A stretch of DNA of 63,351 nt, filler included, from Globobulimina sp. (Eukaryota): the NCBI GenBank assembly GCA_003354225.1. It is 57 parts of 57 records of this genome, joined end to end, with 100 filler letters (N's around TTAATTAATTAA, not from the genome) between each part and the next. Parts side by side here need not be neighbours in the genome. Positions count along the whole stretch, not along the records: positions 37,862 to 38,874 come from PIVH01025807.1; positions 38,975 to 39,987 come from PIVH01025808.1; positions 40,088 to 41,100 come from PIVH01025809.1; positions 41,201 to 42,213 come from PIVH01025810.1; positions 42,314 to 43,326 come from PIVH01025811.1; positions 43,427 to 44,439 come from PIVH01025812.1; positions 44,540 to 45,552 come from PIVH01025813.1; positions 45,653 to 46,665 come from PIVH01025814.1; 49 more parts are not named here. One strand, 5' to 3'. Below are positions 37,862 through 51,217 of this stretch, piece by piece. Position numbers and translations under genes: made by a program. The notes beneath the pieces were generated by a model. The model was not told the origin of the DNA and did not search any database. It saw only the letters and a program-made list of their open reading frames with translations. How positions within the stretch are numbered: position 1 is the stretch's first letter; every line of letters starts with the position of its first letter.

Positions 37862-38874
37862 CGCGAAATCTGAATTTTCCTTTTATTTGACCCATCTTAA
37901 ACCGTTGTCGTACTCGCCCAAATGACAGTGCCTTGGTCAAAATGCTCCATTTTATATCCAATATATCATCACACGTTTTTCTACAATTCACATTTTTATC
38001 CAATAAACCTCTCAACGCCGCCACGGTTTCACCTGAAACATGGCCCAAATCTCCATCCGGATCCTCGAAATATTCATCAAAATCGGCATATAATATTCTT
38101 CGAGTTATCCGCGAAATATTATGGCCTCTGTCCAAAAATGGATGATAACCAGTTATTAATAGAAACATAATAATACCAACATTCCAATAATCGCATCTGT
38201 GATCATATGGTTCATCACTTAATATTTCCGGCGCATTGTATGCTATGTGTACAATATCTGCCCTTTTATACTTATACAAGTTTGAAAAGCCAAAATCACA
38301 TATTTTTACTCTCTCAATGCAATTTGGTGTCACACATACGATGTTCTCTGGTCTTAGATCTTTGAAAATAACGCCCATACTATGCATATATTTAACAGCT
38401 GCGGCAATTTGATGCATAACATTGCAGCAATAATGTGGTGTTAAGTTATGTAAATACGTCAAATGACTGATTTCATGGAATAATGTGTCGCCTTTGCATG
38501 CTTCCATTACAACATACAAATATTTTGGGCTTTCAATCAAATCATACAAACCAACAATGAATGGATTATCTAATTGCTTTAAAATCTGTATGTGTCCTTT
38601 CATACGTTTCTTGTCACATTTTTTTTTAATCACTGTCTTTATGGCCCTGAATTTGTTTGTTTTCTTATGTTTGGCAGTAAAAACGGTGCCATTTGTCGAT
38701 GTGCCCAATGTATTCAGAAACTGATACACGTCTTTTATCTTAAATCGAGACGCTTTTTGGATCGATTTCATCCATTTTACGAATTGTTGATCTGATAAAG
38801 ATCTGAAAAATAATATATGTTTTTTTTTACTCACTTTAAATTGACATGTATCCGCAGTAGATTTTATTTTTATT
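37862..38874 (-). CDS. Divergent CAMK-group kinase with preceding PH-domain end
   Basis: W..SI helix, AIK, FKDLRPEN, ICDFG, APE, DYWNVG. Confidence 0.9.
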
Positions 38875-39092
38875 NNNNNNNNNNNNNNNNNNNNNNNNNN
38901 NNNNNNNNNNNNNNNNNNTTAATTAATTAANNNNNNNNNNNNNNNNNNNNNNNNNNNNNNNNNNNNNNNNNNNNAATCCGTCAAAAAATCAAGTATGTAC
39001 AACACAACAATTAAATTATTAATATCCAGATGACATAGTCAGATATACAGTTAATATTTATTTTATTTGATTCATTTGTCGATCGCGATCGG

Positions 39093-39881
39093 TCAATTTT
39101 CTTCAAAACCATCAAATTCTAATACTAATCCTTGTTGACAGTCATAATTAAATAATATTTTATCATCTAACAGCTTTGAAATATAACTTAATTCAATCGC
39201 CAAATATCTACAATCCGGTTGTGAATATAATTTAATTTGATTATGGCTGATTTGCAGGGCATAAGTATCATAAGTCAATGATTGTTGAATCGATGAATGG
39301 TCCCACCAGCTATCGCCAATAGTCAATATATTCATATTTACATTTTTATTCTTACTAAAATAAGTCCATAACAACTCATCAAAACACTTTCTTTTCCAGT
39401 AATGTAAATGATTGATGTTGTTCCGCGCATAAACAATTCCAATGTTATGATAATTTAATAAATACGCAATTTCTTCAAATATTTTACAAAAAGTAGCAGC
39501 GACAAGTAATGATTCTGCAATCCATCCATTAACGCCATTTGTTACTATTTTAATATTTGATGTTTGAAATTTTGAAACTATTTTATTTAAAAAGTTTAAT
39601 GTCGCTTTTCCTGCTTTTTCTAAATTTGCTACAAATTGTTTGATTTCAGTTTCATTGCTTTTCCCTTTGATTGAGAATGTTTTCATTCGTTTTGTTTTTG
39701 GGTTCATTTCGTATTCAATGTTTGATAATAAATAAGTGGTTGGTAATAATGTATCATCATAATCTAAAAAAACAATTTGTTGTAATATTGATGACGATGA
39801 TGACTGGGTTTGCGTCGTTTCTTTGGGTTTAAATAAAATGGAGTCACAATCAACTGGTTCAAGAACGCCTGATTTGTTCAT
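39093..39881 (-). CDS. HAD-superfamily protein (protist DxDDTL family), complete ORF
   Basis: FLDYDDTLLPT, IVTNG..GW, K..F, IGDS. Confidence 0.8.
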   Translation of the reverse strand: MNKSGVLEPVDCDSILFKPKETTQTQSSSSSILQQIVFLDYDDTLLPTTYLLSNIEYEMNPKTKRMKTFSIKGKSNETEIKQFVANLEKAGKATLNFLNKIVSKFQTSNIKIVTNGVNGWIAESLLVAATFCKIFEEIAYLLNYHNIGIVYARNNINHLHYWKRKCFDELLWTYFSKNKNVNMNILTIGDSWWDHSSIQQSLTYDTYALQISHNQIKLYSQPDCRYLAIELSYISKLLDDKILFNYDCQQGLVLEFDGFEEN

Positions 39882-40293
39882 TGTTGCGTATTGAAAGAGG
39901 AGACTCAGCAGACTCAGCAGACGAATTTTAGAAAGAGGAGGAAATGATAGGAGTTTAACTAGAAAACGTTTTGGTAAAAATGAAAGANNNNNNNNNNNNN
40001 NNNNNNNNNNNNNNNNNNNNNNNNNNNNNNNTTAATTAATTAANNNNNNNNNNNNNNNNNNNNNNNNNNNNNNNNNNNNNNNNNNNNGACGCCATTGCAC
40101 CATTAGGTTTTTTTCTTGATATTAAAAAAACTTACATTCACAAGCAAACTAAAACAGATGACATATTGGTAGCTGCAGGAATATCATAAAGCAACTGATT
40201 TAAGATGCACTCGCGTTTTCGCAGTCGAATTATCATGAAATTAATTGATTGAAATCCGACGTCGACAAATCACCGACAATCAATATTGCCCCA

Positions 40294-41100
40294 ATGGATT
40301 CTACCAAACAACACTTCCCTTTCCCTTCAAATTCGAATTCATTCGATTCTGCATCGATATCGGCCACAACAACTTGCTCAGAAAACGAAGCAAACAATGT
40401 CCACAATGATGATACAAATGCAAAACACCAAAATCAAAACGAAGATTCATTTGCATGGAAAGAATACATTTGCTTTGCGCTTATGAGTTAAGTCATTTAT
40501 TCCAATTCCAAACAATCAAAAAACAAATATAATTGTTAAAAAACAGATGGCGCAGCAACTGCAGCAGTGCAATATTACCAAGGCATCGCCACAGTGGCAT
40601 TGGGAAAGAATATGGATAGTGGCGCTGTTGCAATTGTTACTTTATCACAATATTTCATTCAAATGTTATGTAATATAACCACTCCGTATTGGACAGTATT
40701 TTCATATAGAAAACGCATTACAACCGCTTCTTTTTTATTTATGATTAATTTTATGATCGTATCGGTTGTATTTGAGTCAAGTTCACAAATTGAAGGAAGT
40801 AATTTATTGCACGCACCACGACCATTGATATTATTTTGTATTATGTTGAATGCCATTTCAGCGGTTTTGACAGAGATAACATTATTGCAATACGTATCAT
40901 TTTATCATAAATCGTGTATAAATGGAATATCGTCGGGTTCTGGCATTGGAGCAATAGTTGGGGCGACGTGGGCGTTGACTATTCATTATTTCGCTGCGGC
41001 ATCAACCTCAATTGCCTGTTGTTTGCTGTTTCCTGTTGTCTTAATATTGACATTTTTTTGGTTTTTGCCATCGCCGCAAATTCAAAAAAAGAAATCTATG
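40294..41100 (+). CDS. Battenin/CLN3-like membrane protein, intron 40487-40546, 3' partial
   Basis: TPYW..FSY..R, EITLLQY...Y, GISSGSGIGAIVG. Confidence 0.7.
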
Positions 41101-41200
41101 NNNNNNNNNNNNNNNNNNNNNNNNNNNNNNNNNNNNNNNNNNNNTTAATTAATTAANNNNNNNNNNNNNNNNNNNNNNNNNNNNNNNNNNNNNNNNNNNN

Positions 41201-41994
41201 TCTGAGAAACAAAGGCAAACCTATATAATTTTTGCCTTGGTCAGTCACCAGAAACGGTTGGCATATAAATCTGTCTGATAAAACATTCACATATAAATCT
41301 GATACTGAATACACCGAAATTATTCTGATTCCACAAACTTTGTTGATTTTTAAGAGTTTGTTGATTATTAATATTTTTATACCATTCCCAATAAAAAAAG
41401 GCAAAACCAGTGGAAAACTGTGCATTTTGAATTAAAATAAAATGTTTTTCTTTGTAAAAATTGCCATATTTATTTGCAATCTCTTCTTTTATTGCGTCGC
41501 TGTCATATTCTTCAAAACAAACAAACAAATTTCTGTAACTCTTTCTCTTTCTCTTTAACATCAATATAAACAAACAAATGATCCATAAATGTATTTTCCT
41601 CATCATTTTCATGGACAATATTCATAATATTAAATTTTGAGCCAAAACTCTCATATTTCTTTCTTTTCAGTTCAATCTCTTTTTGCATGGCAGTAAAATT
41701 GGAATCAATGACTGAATTATTATTTGCATCATTTATTCTGTTAAAACAACGCAAACCGGCACTTTCTAAATGAAATAAATAAAAATGAATGGTCGAAAAT
41801 AGGTTAATATAAAAATTATTCTCTGTTTCTCTTTCAATTCGAAAATGTCTTTGCGTCCATTTACAATCATTTAAACCTGAAACACATTTCTCATTATTCT
41901 CAAAGTTATAATTTTTTATTAAATCCATAGTAATTCGACTTATAAATCTCATGACGAATGCGCACAAATTAAATGAATATAACCTGACAAACAA
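41201..41994 (-). pseudogene. Frameshifted copy of the family seen at 22280-23292
   Basis: IHFYLFHL and FSTG..F.YW motifs spread over three frames. Confidence 0.6.
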
Positions 41995-42313
41995 AATGCA
42001 TACAATTTAACTATAATTAATGGATGGTATAAATCTCACTATTATTTCTATCCTTGTTTCCTGATAATAATTCATAATATTTTAAGCCATATGCTATGCG
42101 ATATAAACTGCTGCGATTCGCAACAATGTCGGTCTCATTCTCAACAACTGACAACAAGCCAATATTTACATTCTTGTTTATTCTCTAAAAAAATGTCAAA
42201 ATCAATGCAATTANNNNNNNNNNNNNNNNNNNNNNNNNNNNNNNNNNNNNNNNNNNNTTAATTAATTAANNNNNNNNNNNNNNNNNNNNNNNNNNNNNNN
42301 NNNNNNNNNNNNN

Positions 42314-43326
42314 ACGATGACAAATATATTCGGGATAATTTGAATGAATTGATTGATAATTTAGGAATATTGGATTTAAAATATATGATTTGTAATAAAA
42401 TCAACAAGAAATTACATAGTATAATAATCACACACTAAATTATCAAATTTATATAATCAAAATATAGTCTCTTTAATTTTTTGCTTTTTATTCTTAATAT
42501 TTTGATTGTTTGCGTTTCTTTTTGATTGCTTAACTTTTAATCAATCATTTTGTTAACACTTTCTATTTTGGGTTGTTTTGTTTTTATTTGTTTGTTAGTT
42601 GTTTAGTAATTGTGTTACTAAAATAACTTATTTAAATAGTTAAACTAAAAACTTTTCACACCCTTTGCTTAGAGTCTTATCTAAGACGAGGTACCACAGA
42701 CAACACACAGTTCATTTAAATAAATTGTTTCGTGTCGCAACGAGACTCCTAACACTTACGTGTTTCTCCAAAAAAAAAGAAAGACAGAGTTTGTATAAAT
42801 ATTTATATCATCAATGGTAGAATTTGTTTGTTGTATACTCACGACGTTCCAGTATCGATATAGTTGTTACTGAACTGTTTAAAATAATAATCTTAATTTG
42901 ATATCCAAAACGCAATGAATTACACGCACCAATAAGCAAACAAAAGTCAGCTTGGCGCAAATATTGTGTTCAAACTATTTATTAATAACAGCACAGCACA
43001 GTGTAATTGATGCGGGACTTTAAAATATCTTTGTTTGATAATATGCAATTGGAACTTTTTGATATTTTTGTTGAATATCAAATGTCGAATTGATAAAATA
43101 GCTGTTCATGTTGTGAGTGTTGTGACTAATAAAATGTTTAATTTTGAAACTTTAATTGTTCGCACTTCAGTTTGAAAGATGTCTCCACAATATACGCAAA
43201 TAATTGGACGATGACAAATATATTCGGGATAATTTGAATGAATTGATTGATAATTTAGGAATATTGGATTTAAAATATATGATTTGTAATAAAATCAACA
43301 AGAAATTACATAGTATAATAATCACA
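42314..43326. repeat. Contig with 119-bp terminal direct repeat (42314-42432 = 43208-43326); 894-bp circular or tandem unit
   Basis: First 119 nt are identical to the last 119 nt. Confidence 0.92.
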
Positions 43327-43552
43327 NNNNNNNNNNNNNNNNNNNNNNNNNNNNNNNNNNNNNNNNNNNNTTAATTAATTAANNNNNNNNNNNNNNNNNN
43401 NNNNNNNNNNNNNNNNNNNNNNNNNNTATATTAAAATATCTCATTCATTCTCCTATATAAATTAATTTATAATATGTGCTCGCCGATTGCTTGAACATCC
43501 CGTCGCTTGCACGAAGATTTTCGATAGCAAGGTCTAAAACTTTTTGATTTAA

Positions 43553-44439
43553 ATGGAAACGTTCGCTGAGGAACGATATGACGCAGGATTTGACGGAAGA
43601 GCAACAATTGACACAGTGGCTGAAATAATGATGGAAGCTGAAAATTCAATATCACTGAGTCAAGTTTTGGACAACAATAATCACGATCAGATTAATAATA
43701 GCAATCGAGAAGATTTTAAGCACAACAGACCACGTTTCCATACCAAAAAAGTCTCAAATACAGTATTAAATGTATATAGCATGGATAAAATATCCACAAT
43801 TGAGTCATTAAAAATGGTTTGGAAAATAGTTTTCTATCAGTTAATGATTGGTGTTATTGTATCGATAATAATCATTTTATTTTTATGGATTCTCATCAAA
43901 TATATATTCAATTTAAATGAATGCAATTCATACAACAAATCAATCAAATCATTCTCATTTAAAATATTTGCTATTCAATGTGTTAACGGCATTTTTTACT
44001 CTTTATATATTGCTTCAATTTTATGGATAATTTTGGATGAGTTTAAAACCATAATCTCATTAATTAAACGTTTCTTAATTATATTAATTTCAACGTTATT
44101 GCTATGGATTTTGTTTTTGTTTTACGGAGTGTCTGCTTCGCAGAATATATTTGCTTTGAACGCATTATGTTTATTGGTGGTTCTATGTATGATATTTATC
44201 ATAATTACGCGGGTCTGTGGATATTATGCAATTTATATGTTGTTTCCATTGTTGCTATCATTATTTATAAATTATATCGTATTTCATTTAATAATATTAA
44301 CCTTATTTAAGCTCCACAATAATACATCATATAAAATAATATTTGCTTTCATATATCCCATAATTTTGCATTTATTACAAACATTAACACTTAAAGTCAT
44401 ACAATATCTACAATTGCCATATACATTTAATTTATTTGC
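43553..44439 (+). CDS. Multi-pass membrane protein, 3' partial
   Basis: About 6-7 hydrophobic segments after a hydrophilic N-terminus. Confidence 0.65.
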
Positions 44440-44745
44440 NNNNNNNNNNNNNNNNNNNNNNNNNNNNNNNNNNNNNNNNNNNNTTAATTAATTAANNNNN
44501 NNNNNNNNNNNNNNNNNNNNNNNNNNNNNNNNNNNNNNNGACAATTAATGCAAAAAAGCGTTTAACATCACTTCATATTATGAGACATTCGTTTTTTAAT
44601 GGTATTAATTGGGGAGAATTATTAACAAAAAAAATGAAAAAGGTGCCGTGGACTCCAATTTGATACAATTTATTTTCAAGAATATGAAAATGAGATTGAG
44701 ATTGAAAATGAAAGTAAAGAAAGTATACATATTCAATTTCAAGAC

Positions 44746-45174
44746 ATGCGTTTCAATGAAATATATTTTGATAATTGTTTGTTTGATGAGGAATGTAAAT
44801 TGGTCAAGTTTCTGATAAAAGAAACAGATGGAATTGCAATACAATTTAATCAGAATGGTTTATTAAATTTGACACAATTTATGCATTTGTTAAATATGCT
44901 ACAAATTGGAGATGTGTATGATAACAATGTATTGCACCGAATATTTTATTTTATACAAAAAGATGAAGATATTTCATTTATAAAAAGAAAAGAAATTTCA
45001 TACATTTCATATTCTAATCTTATTGGCTGTAATTATGATGAAATAGTATCCATTGTAAAAAAACAAAACAAAGAAAAGAAACAAGATTTTCATATTTTAG
45101 TAAGCAAATTAATTTTACATCAATTACAAGTGGTTCATGATAAAATATTGCATACTATCACTACCAGATATTAA
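44746..45174 (+). CDS. Unknown protein C-terminus, possibly disrupted upstream
   Basis: ORF with stop followed by an AT-rich 3' region. Confidence 0.4.
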   Translation: MRFNEIYFDNCLFDEECKLVKFLIKETDGIAIQFNQNGLLNLTQFMHLLNMLQIGDVYDNNVLHRIFYFIQKDEDISFIKRKEISYISYSNLIGCNYDEIVSIVKKQNKEKKQDFHILVSKLILHQLQVVHDKILHTITTRY

Positions 45175-45652
45175 TATTGATTTTGTTTTTTATTATTATT
45201 TTTTTATTTTTGTCTAGTTTTAATGCGTTGTACTTTTTTTTTTCATGAGAACATCACTAATTAACATGCACAACAATGAAAAATCACTTGCAATGTGGCA
45301 ACGTCCATAATAGTCTCGTGTGTGTGTTTTCGTTTCCATTTTATACCATCAATAAAACGGAAACGTTTCTATTTTATTAGGTAATAAAGTGATCGTAAAA
45401 GTAGTCAAATAAAAGTTTTTTATAGGCGTTTTTTGGAATAAACTCAATACACCAATCGTGATTTTTTGTAGTGGTTAAGTTTTCTTTTTAGTGAACAGTA
45501 ACAGTGAATACGCGATGGACAGTAAACAGCCAAAAGAAAACAAACAACGCTCNNNNNNNNNNNNNNNNNNNNNNNNNNNNNNNNNNNNNNNNNNNNTTAA
45601 TTAATTAANNNNNNNNNNNNNNNNNNNNNNNNNNNNNNNNNNNNNNNNNNNN

Positions 45653-46338
45653 AAGAAACAATGTGCAGTCATAATTTGAAAAAAATACCTCAGTCAATAA
45701 AAATCGAATGGCAACAAAATTCCATGAGTGAAATAAACGATTTGTTTGGTGTTCAATGGCAAGATATTAATACAAAAATTTGCATGGCAAAAGCATTAAA
45801 TTGCAATACTGAGAGCACAGAGTCTGAGTATCCAAAAGATATTCAATTACAATATATTTCACATAAAATTATACAATTTGAGAAACTTGAATGTTTCCGA
45901 GGTTTCTTAAAACTTTTACAGCCTCAAAAATATAATAATTATAAACTTCCATCCATATCAATGTGCTGGTTACACAAAAATAAACAATGTCCAAAATTTT
46001 ACTATAAAGGGACCAGAAATATCATGCAAGCGATTACATTCATAAATGATAAGAAAGTTTGCAGTGTGAATATGGTTGAAACTGCATTTGATCATAAAAG
46101 ACGTAAAGCGATCTCAATAAAATGTGAATGGAATTCGGAATGGAAAGCAATAAATGTTGTGCAGAGTTTAAGTGCAAATGAAGGATATTATACAGATTAT
46201 AATGAGCGTTTCTATAGTAACGATACGCATTTTTTATATTATGATGAGATATTTGTGATTGGTTTAATGGGAATTGTAATTATTGCGTGCTGTTTTGGAG
46301 GAATTTGTGGATATTGGATTGCTAAAAAAGTAAAATGA
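45653..46338 (+). CDS. Type I membrane protein C-terminus, 5' partial
   Basis: Cys-containing ectodomain, C-terminal TM, KKVK tail (possible KKxx ER retrieval signal). Confidence 0.65.
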
Positions 46339-46789
46339 TATTTGTGTGTCGGACTTTTTTTTCTTTTGTGCAAGGATGTCTGTCAGCTGTAGTATTTTTG
46401 TGCATTTGCTATTTTATTGTTTCTTGTTAAATTGCAGATATTTGTATATGTTTAATTTTTAAAATAAAATTTATTGCAATGCTTGAAGTTTATGATAATG
46501 ACATTACAAATGAATGTTCATATTTTCGTAATGTGAATTATGCGATTGTTCATTTTCTGTATCACTTGAATACATTGGAACATTATGATAGGTGTAATTC
46601 CTTTTTTGATACAAATATATTACGATCATTGATATTAACACTCCAAGAAGAATAATAATAGCAATNNNNNNNNNNNNNNNNNNNNNNNNNNNNNNNNNNN
46701 NNNNNNNNNTTAATTAATTAANNNNNNNNNNNNNNNNNNNNNNNNNNNNNNNNNNNNNNNNNNNNTTTAAGTCAAACTTTAAAATTTGC

Positions 46790-47778
46790 GTGACACGAGA
46801 GATCGCTTATTTTCTAGTGGAGAAAGATAAAGCAGATTTATCGTGCCAGGACAAGGCATCAAAAAAACTAATGAAGAAACAACACAGTGCTGCAACAGCC
46901 ACAACAACTTCCGATCTAAACTCAACCACTCCAAATAATAATACAACTACTTCCGATCAAAACAGAACCACAACAACAACATCATCATCATCAACAACAA
47001 CATCATCATCATCAACAACAACATCATCATCAACAACAACATCATCATCATCATCATCATCATCAACATCATCATCATCAAAATTACTATCATCATCATC
47101 AAAATTACCACCATCAAAATTACCATCATCAAAATTACCATCATCAAAATTACCATCACAATCATCAAAATCACAATCATCAAAATCATCAAAATCACAA
47201 TCAACAAGAAGAAAAATATTTAGTCCTAAAACAATTGAAAAATATAAAGAAAAAGCCAAAAGATTTGGTATTAACAAACAATACACCAAACCAACATTAA
47301 CACGAATGTCAATGTCAGAACTTTTATACATTGCTAACGACTGGAAAATTAGAGTAAATTCAAAAAAGATAGTGGACCAAATTTATAATAATACATATAA
47401 CCAGTCATGGTTCATTGCTTTCCAAATGGAACAAACAACCCTAAAAAACCCCAAAAAAAAACAAAAAATAGGTGGAGTTGTTTCCCGAGATACCACAATT
47501 TCATCATTAAATTCTAAATTGAAAAGTTTAAGTCTAGTTCCAATTCCAACAATATCTAGCCAAACAGTTTCAAAAAAACGAAGATATGACGAATTTGAAA
47601 AATCTGAAACATCTAATTCTGATGATGATGTTTTAGTAAATGATTTTGAAACTCCTGGCTTAAATCCATTACCAGTTCCTAGAAAAAGAAAATTACCACA
47701 TGCAGATGAACAAACTGAGAAAGCTAAATTTAGCAAAGAAATAATGAAATGTTTAAATTGTAGTAAATGTTTTGATTC
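46790..47778 (+). CDS. Ser/Thr-rich basic protein with NLS-like motifs and CxxC, fragment
   Basis: Open frame; KKRR, RKRK, KCLNCSKC. Confidence 0.6.
46965..47205 (+). repeat. Coding (TCA/ACA)n microsatellite plus 15-nt (SSKLP) and SKSQS tandem repeats
   Basis: Direct inspection. Confidence 0.9.
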
Positions 47779-47878
47779 NNNNNNNNNNNNNNNNNNNNNN
47801 NNNNNNNNNNNNNNNNNNNNNNTTAATTAATTAANNNNNNNNNNNNNNNNNNNNNNNNNNNNNNNNNNNNNNNNNNNN

Positions 47879-48891
47879 AATTTTCGACCCACAATGTAAC
47901 AACACTATACTCTCAACAGATGTGTCTGATGTTGCATTTGTGGTGTCCTTTCTCAAATACAACATGGTAAAGAAGTCCCTATCGCATATGGTCATCATAC
48001 ATTGGATGCCAGACAGCGTGGATATTCTGTTCCAGAGCGAGAGGCTCTTGGTGCCATGCATTTCACTGAATACTGGGAAAAGTTTTTACTTGGTCGACGG
48101 TTCACACTCAGAACTGATCATCAGTCATTGACCACACTTCTCAGTCAGTATGGAAATGGTCGAAAATCTGGAAAATTCGCCCGTTGGTATGAACGATTGA
48201 ACATTTTCGACTACAAAGTAGAATATCGAAAAGGAAGTGATAATATCGTCGCCGACTATTTGTCCAGATTGACATCCAAAGCTACTGCGCTTGGGGTTGC
48301 CGATCCTCAAGTTGACAGAGTGGTAAAAGTTGTCAAAGAAAGTGGCTTGTCATTTAAAAAGTTTCAAGATGCAAGTGCAAAGGATAAACTGTACAATCAG
48401 CTGAGAAACACAATCAATAAAAATTGGCCAACAAAGAACAAACTGCCACCTGCACTGATTCCATACTACCAATTACGTCATGAATTGACAGTGGAAGACA
48501 ATCTGGTCATCAGAAATGATTGCAGAATATTGGTCCCAACTTCACTACAACAACAATTGTTAACAATGTCACATGTTGGACACCCTGGTATCGTCAGAAT
48601 GAAGCGAAAACTATGTGAATGCTATTGGTGGCCCGGTATGGACAAGGGAACAGAACAGTTTGTGAGATACTGCCCGGCATGTCAAGATTCAGCGAAATCG
48701 ACACCCAAGTTGCGCATCGACAAACAGTTCATTCCTCGCCCTGACAAACCATGGGAAAAAGTCGCCATCGACATCATTGGTCCATTTGAAAATGCACCAA
48801 GCAATATGAAAAATATCGTCGTTTTGGTTGACTACTATTCAAATTTTCCTGAAATTCTATGTACTACTGACATCACTTCAAGTCGAATCAT
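47879..48891 (+). mobile_element. Ty3/gypsy LTR retrotransposon pol: RNase H plus integrase, with a frameshift near 47938
   Basis: YS..EREAL, F.LRTDH..L, RW, N..AD.LSR, H.GHPG...YWWPGM...C..CQ, PW..VAIDIIGP, VDYYS. Confidence 0.95.
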
Positions 48892-48991
48892 NNNNNNNNN
48901 NNNNNNNNNNNNNNNNNNNNNNNNNNNNNNNNNNNTTAATTAATTAANNNNNNNNNNNNNNNNNNNNNNNNNNNNNNNNNNNNNNNNNNNN

Positions 48992-49616
48992 ATTTTGACC
49001 GCATTATTTTCATATTCGGATGGATTCAATACTTATGACTTTTGGCATATTCCTATTGTTTGTAATAATGTAGTTGACGACGTTATAATTTATTGTGCGG
49101 GTTTCAATGATGTTGTAATGAGCGTATCTTTATTAATATCATTTATTAATATCATTTATTTATCCATAAAAAAAATTAATCGATACAACGCGAAATGCTT
49201 CGGTAAGTGGACATGTTGCCAGGTTGACATCGATTGGATTAAAATATTATAATACAACATCAACAGCGATAGTAAGCACATTGTGTGCATTGGCAATAGT
49301 TGCTATCACATTAATTGTATGTTATGATATGGTAATTAATACAATTTGTATTATTTTAATGACTCCGTATTATGATGATAAAAAATATTATAATCGTTTA
49401 TGTTTTTGTTGTGTTTGTTGTTGTACACATTGTAAATATCATGATATAAATACTAAATTACGTACAATGATAACCAGAATAATGGATCTCAGCACCTCCA
49501 CAGCAACACAAGAAGACAGCAAATTTGTTGATAATGACTCAGTAAATATTGTATCTTCATCAGAAACGGATTGTGTAAGTATTGAAATGGAAATGGCCAG
49601 CAAATCCAAGAAGTGA
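48992..49616 (+). pseudogene. Membrane (7TM-like) protein C-terminus with an apparent frameshift near 49220
   Basis: Hydrophobic segments in two frames; D..IN.ICI.LM...Y.RLC..C tail. Confidence 0.45.
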
Positions 49617-50104
49617 TATCAACGTAAAACGTGTCCAAATTTGTGTTGACACGGCCGAATATCGCCTTTGAAAAAGAGCTTATTTTAAATTCGTGATACA
49701 TTCGTACGTCCATACGTCCATCACAGTTGCAACCATGCTACCATTGATTTTTTAACACGGTTCCCACCAAGCGTAATAGGTAGGGAATACAAATTTAGGT
49801 TTAATATCGATAGAACATCATATTTCAATAAAAAAAAGGGATCAATGGTAGAAATTCCCACGAGTGATGCAACTGTGCCATACGTCCATAGGCTATAAAC
49901 AGGCAGTGTTTCAAATATGTGCAGTATATTGCTCACAAGGTTATATGTTAAACAATTCAACTTAGGACGGTATAGTGTATATTTAGGACAAAGTTTAGGA
50001 CAAANNNNNNNNNNNNNNNNNNNNNNNNNNNNNNNNNNNNNNNNNNNNTTAATTAATTAANNNNNNNNNNNNNNNNNNNNNNNNNNNNNNNNNNNNNNNN
50101 NNNN

Positions 50105-50401
50105 GTTTCGGATAAAAATCTGCGTAAATCATTTGAATATGGATTAAAATTATTGGATGAAAATATACGTTGTTTGTGTAAGGAATGTGGTGTGAAGGAA
50201 AATAAATTAACATATTATGCATTTATTGATAATTTGATTGTTTTAAGGAAACATTTGAAAGAGAAATCAGATATAAATATAGCAGAGGACGCCAAAAACA
50301 TTCGGATTAAAGTTAAACTAGAAACAAAAACAGATTTTGTGGAGGATGATGCTGAAAGCACTGATGAGTCTGATGGATGGGAGAAGATTGATTTAGTATG
50401 A
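50105..50401 (+). CDS. C-terminus of an unknown protein
   Basis: Open frame to stop with an acidic tail. Confidence 0.45.
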   Translation, partial: VSDKNLRKSFEYGLKLLDENIRCLCKECGVKENKLTYYAFIDNLIVLRKHLKEKSDINIAEDAKNIRIKVKLETKTDFVEDDAESTDESDGWEKIDLV

Positions 50402-50526
50402 ATATGAAACCAATAGTGCTTGTTTTTACTGCTAACGAATTGCTAAACATGTTTTATTTGCATTTTGCACCAACACACCATAAAACATCGCGTGTTTAGG
50501 CACATTGCATCTGTCACTGATATCTA

Positions 50527-51117
50527 ATGGCTTTTGATTTCCAAGCCTTAAAATATGTGGATCCAAAGGCACAAGATATTGTATTTGGTTATTTGAAACA
50601 AATAAATCAAAACAATATCATTCCAGCATTGGTTTCGAATGCTTGTTTGTTATATTATTATCAATATGAATATTTTGCAGTTGTAGCGCATGGAGAACCA
50701 GATAGTATCAATTGTTCTAATGATAACAAAACCATATCATTGAATCCAGGCGGTTGGGCATCATGTTATGGAAATATTTGTATAAAATCAACAAGTAAAA
50801 GGATATGTAAATGGAGCATTAAAGTAGAAGGAGATGAACATGCAAAATTTGTGGTTTTAGGAATTTCAGCTGATGATTCTGATCAAAAAACATTGTTTTA
50901 TAACACAGAAAATAGTTATTCACGCACTGGCGATAAGGGCTTATTATTGTGGACCAACGGAGATATAATTGATATGATATTGGATTTAAAACACGCAACA
51001 CTGGAATTTTGTTGCAACGGTATTTCACAAGGCATTTCACATAAAAATATTAAAGTTGATGATAATATCTCCTATAAAATGGCTGTGTGCTTTGATTATA
51101 ATGGTCAATCAGCCAAA
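50527..51117 (+). CDS. SPRY/B30.2-like protein with lineage-type N-terminal motif, 3' partial
   Basis: IVFGYLK..IIP..V...CLLYY; W.IKV, VLGI, GDII.M.LDL...LEF..NG..QG. Confidence 0.8.
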
Positions 51118-51217
51118 NNNNNNNNNNNNNNNNNNNNNNNNNNNNNNNNNNNNNNNNNNNNTTAATTAATTAANNNNNNNNNNNNNNNNNNNNNNNNNNN
51201 NNNNNNNNNNNNNNNNN

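Noticed and set aside
46947..47331. Poly-Met and poly-Asp/Val ORFs on the minus strand
   Set aside because: Antisense translations of the TCA/ACA microsatellite
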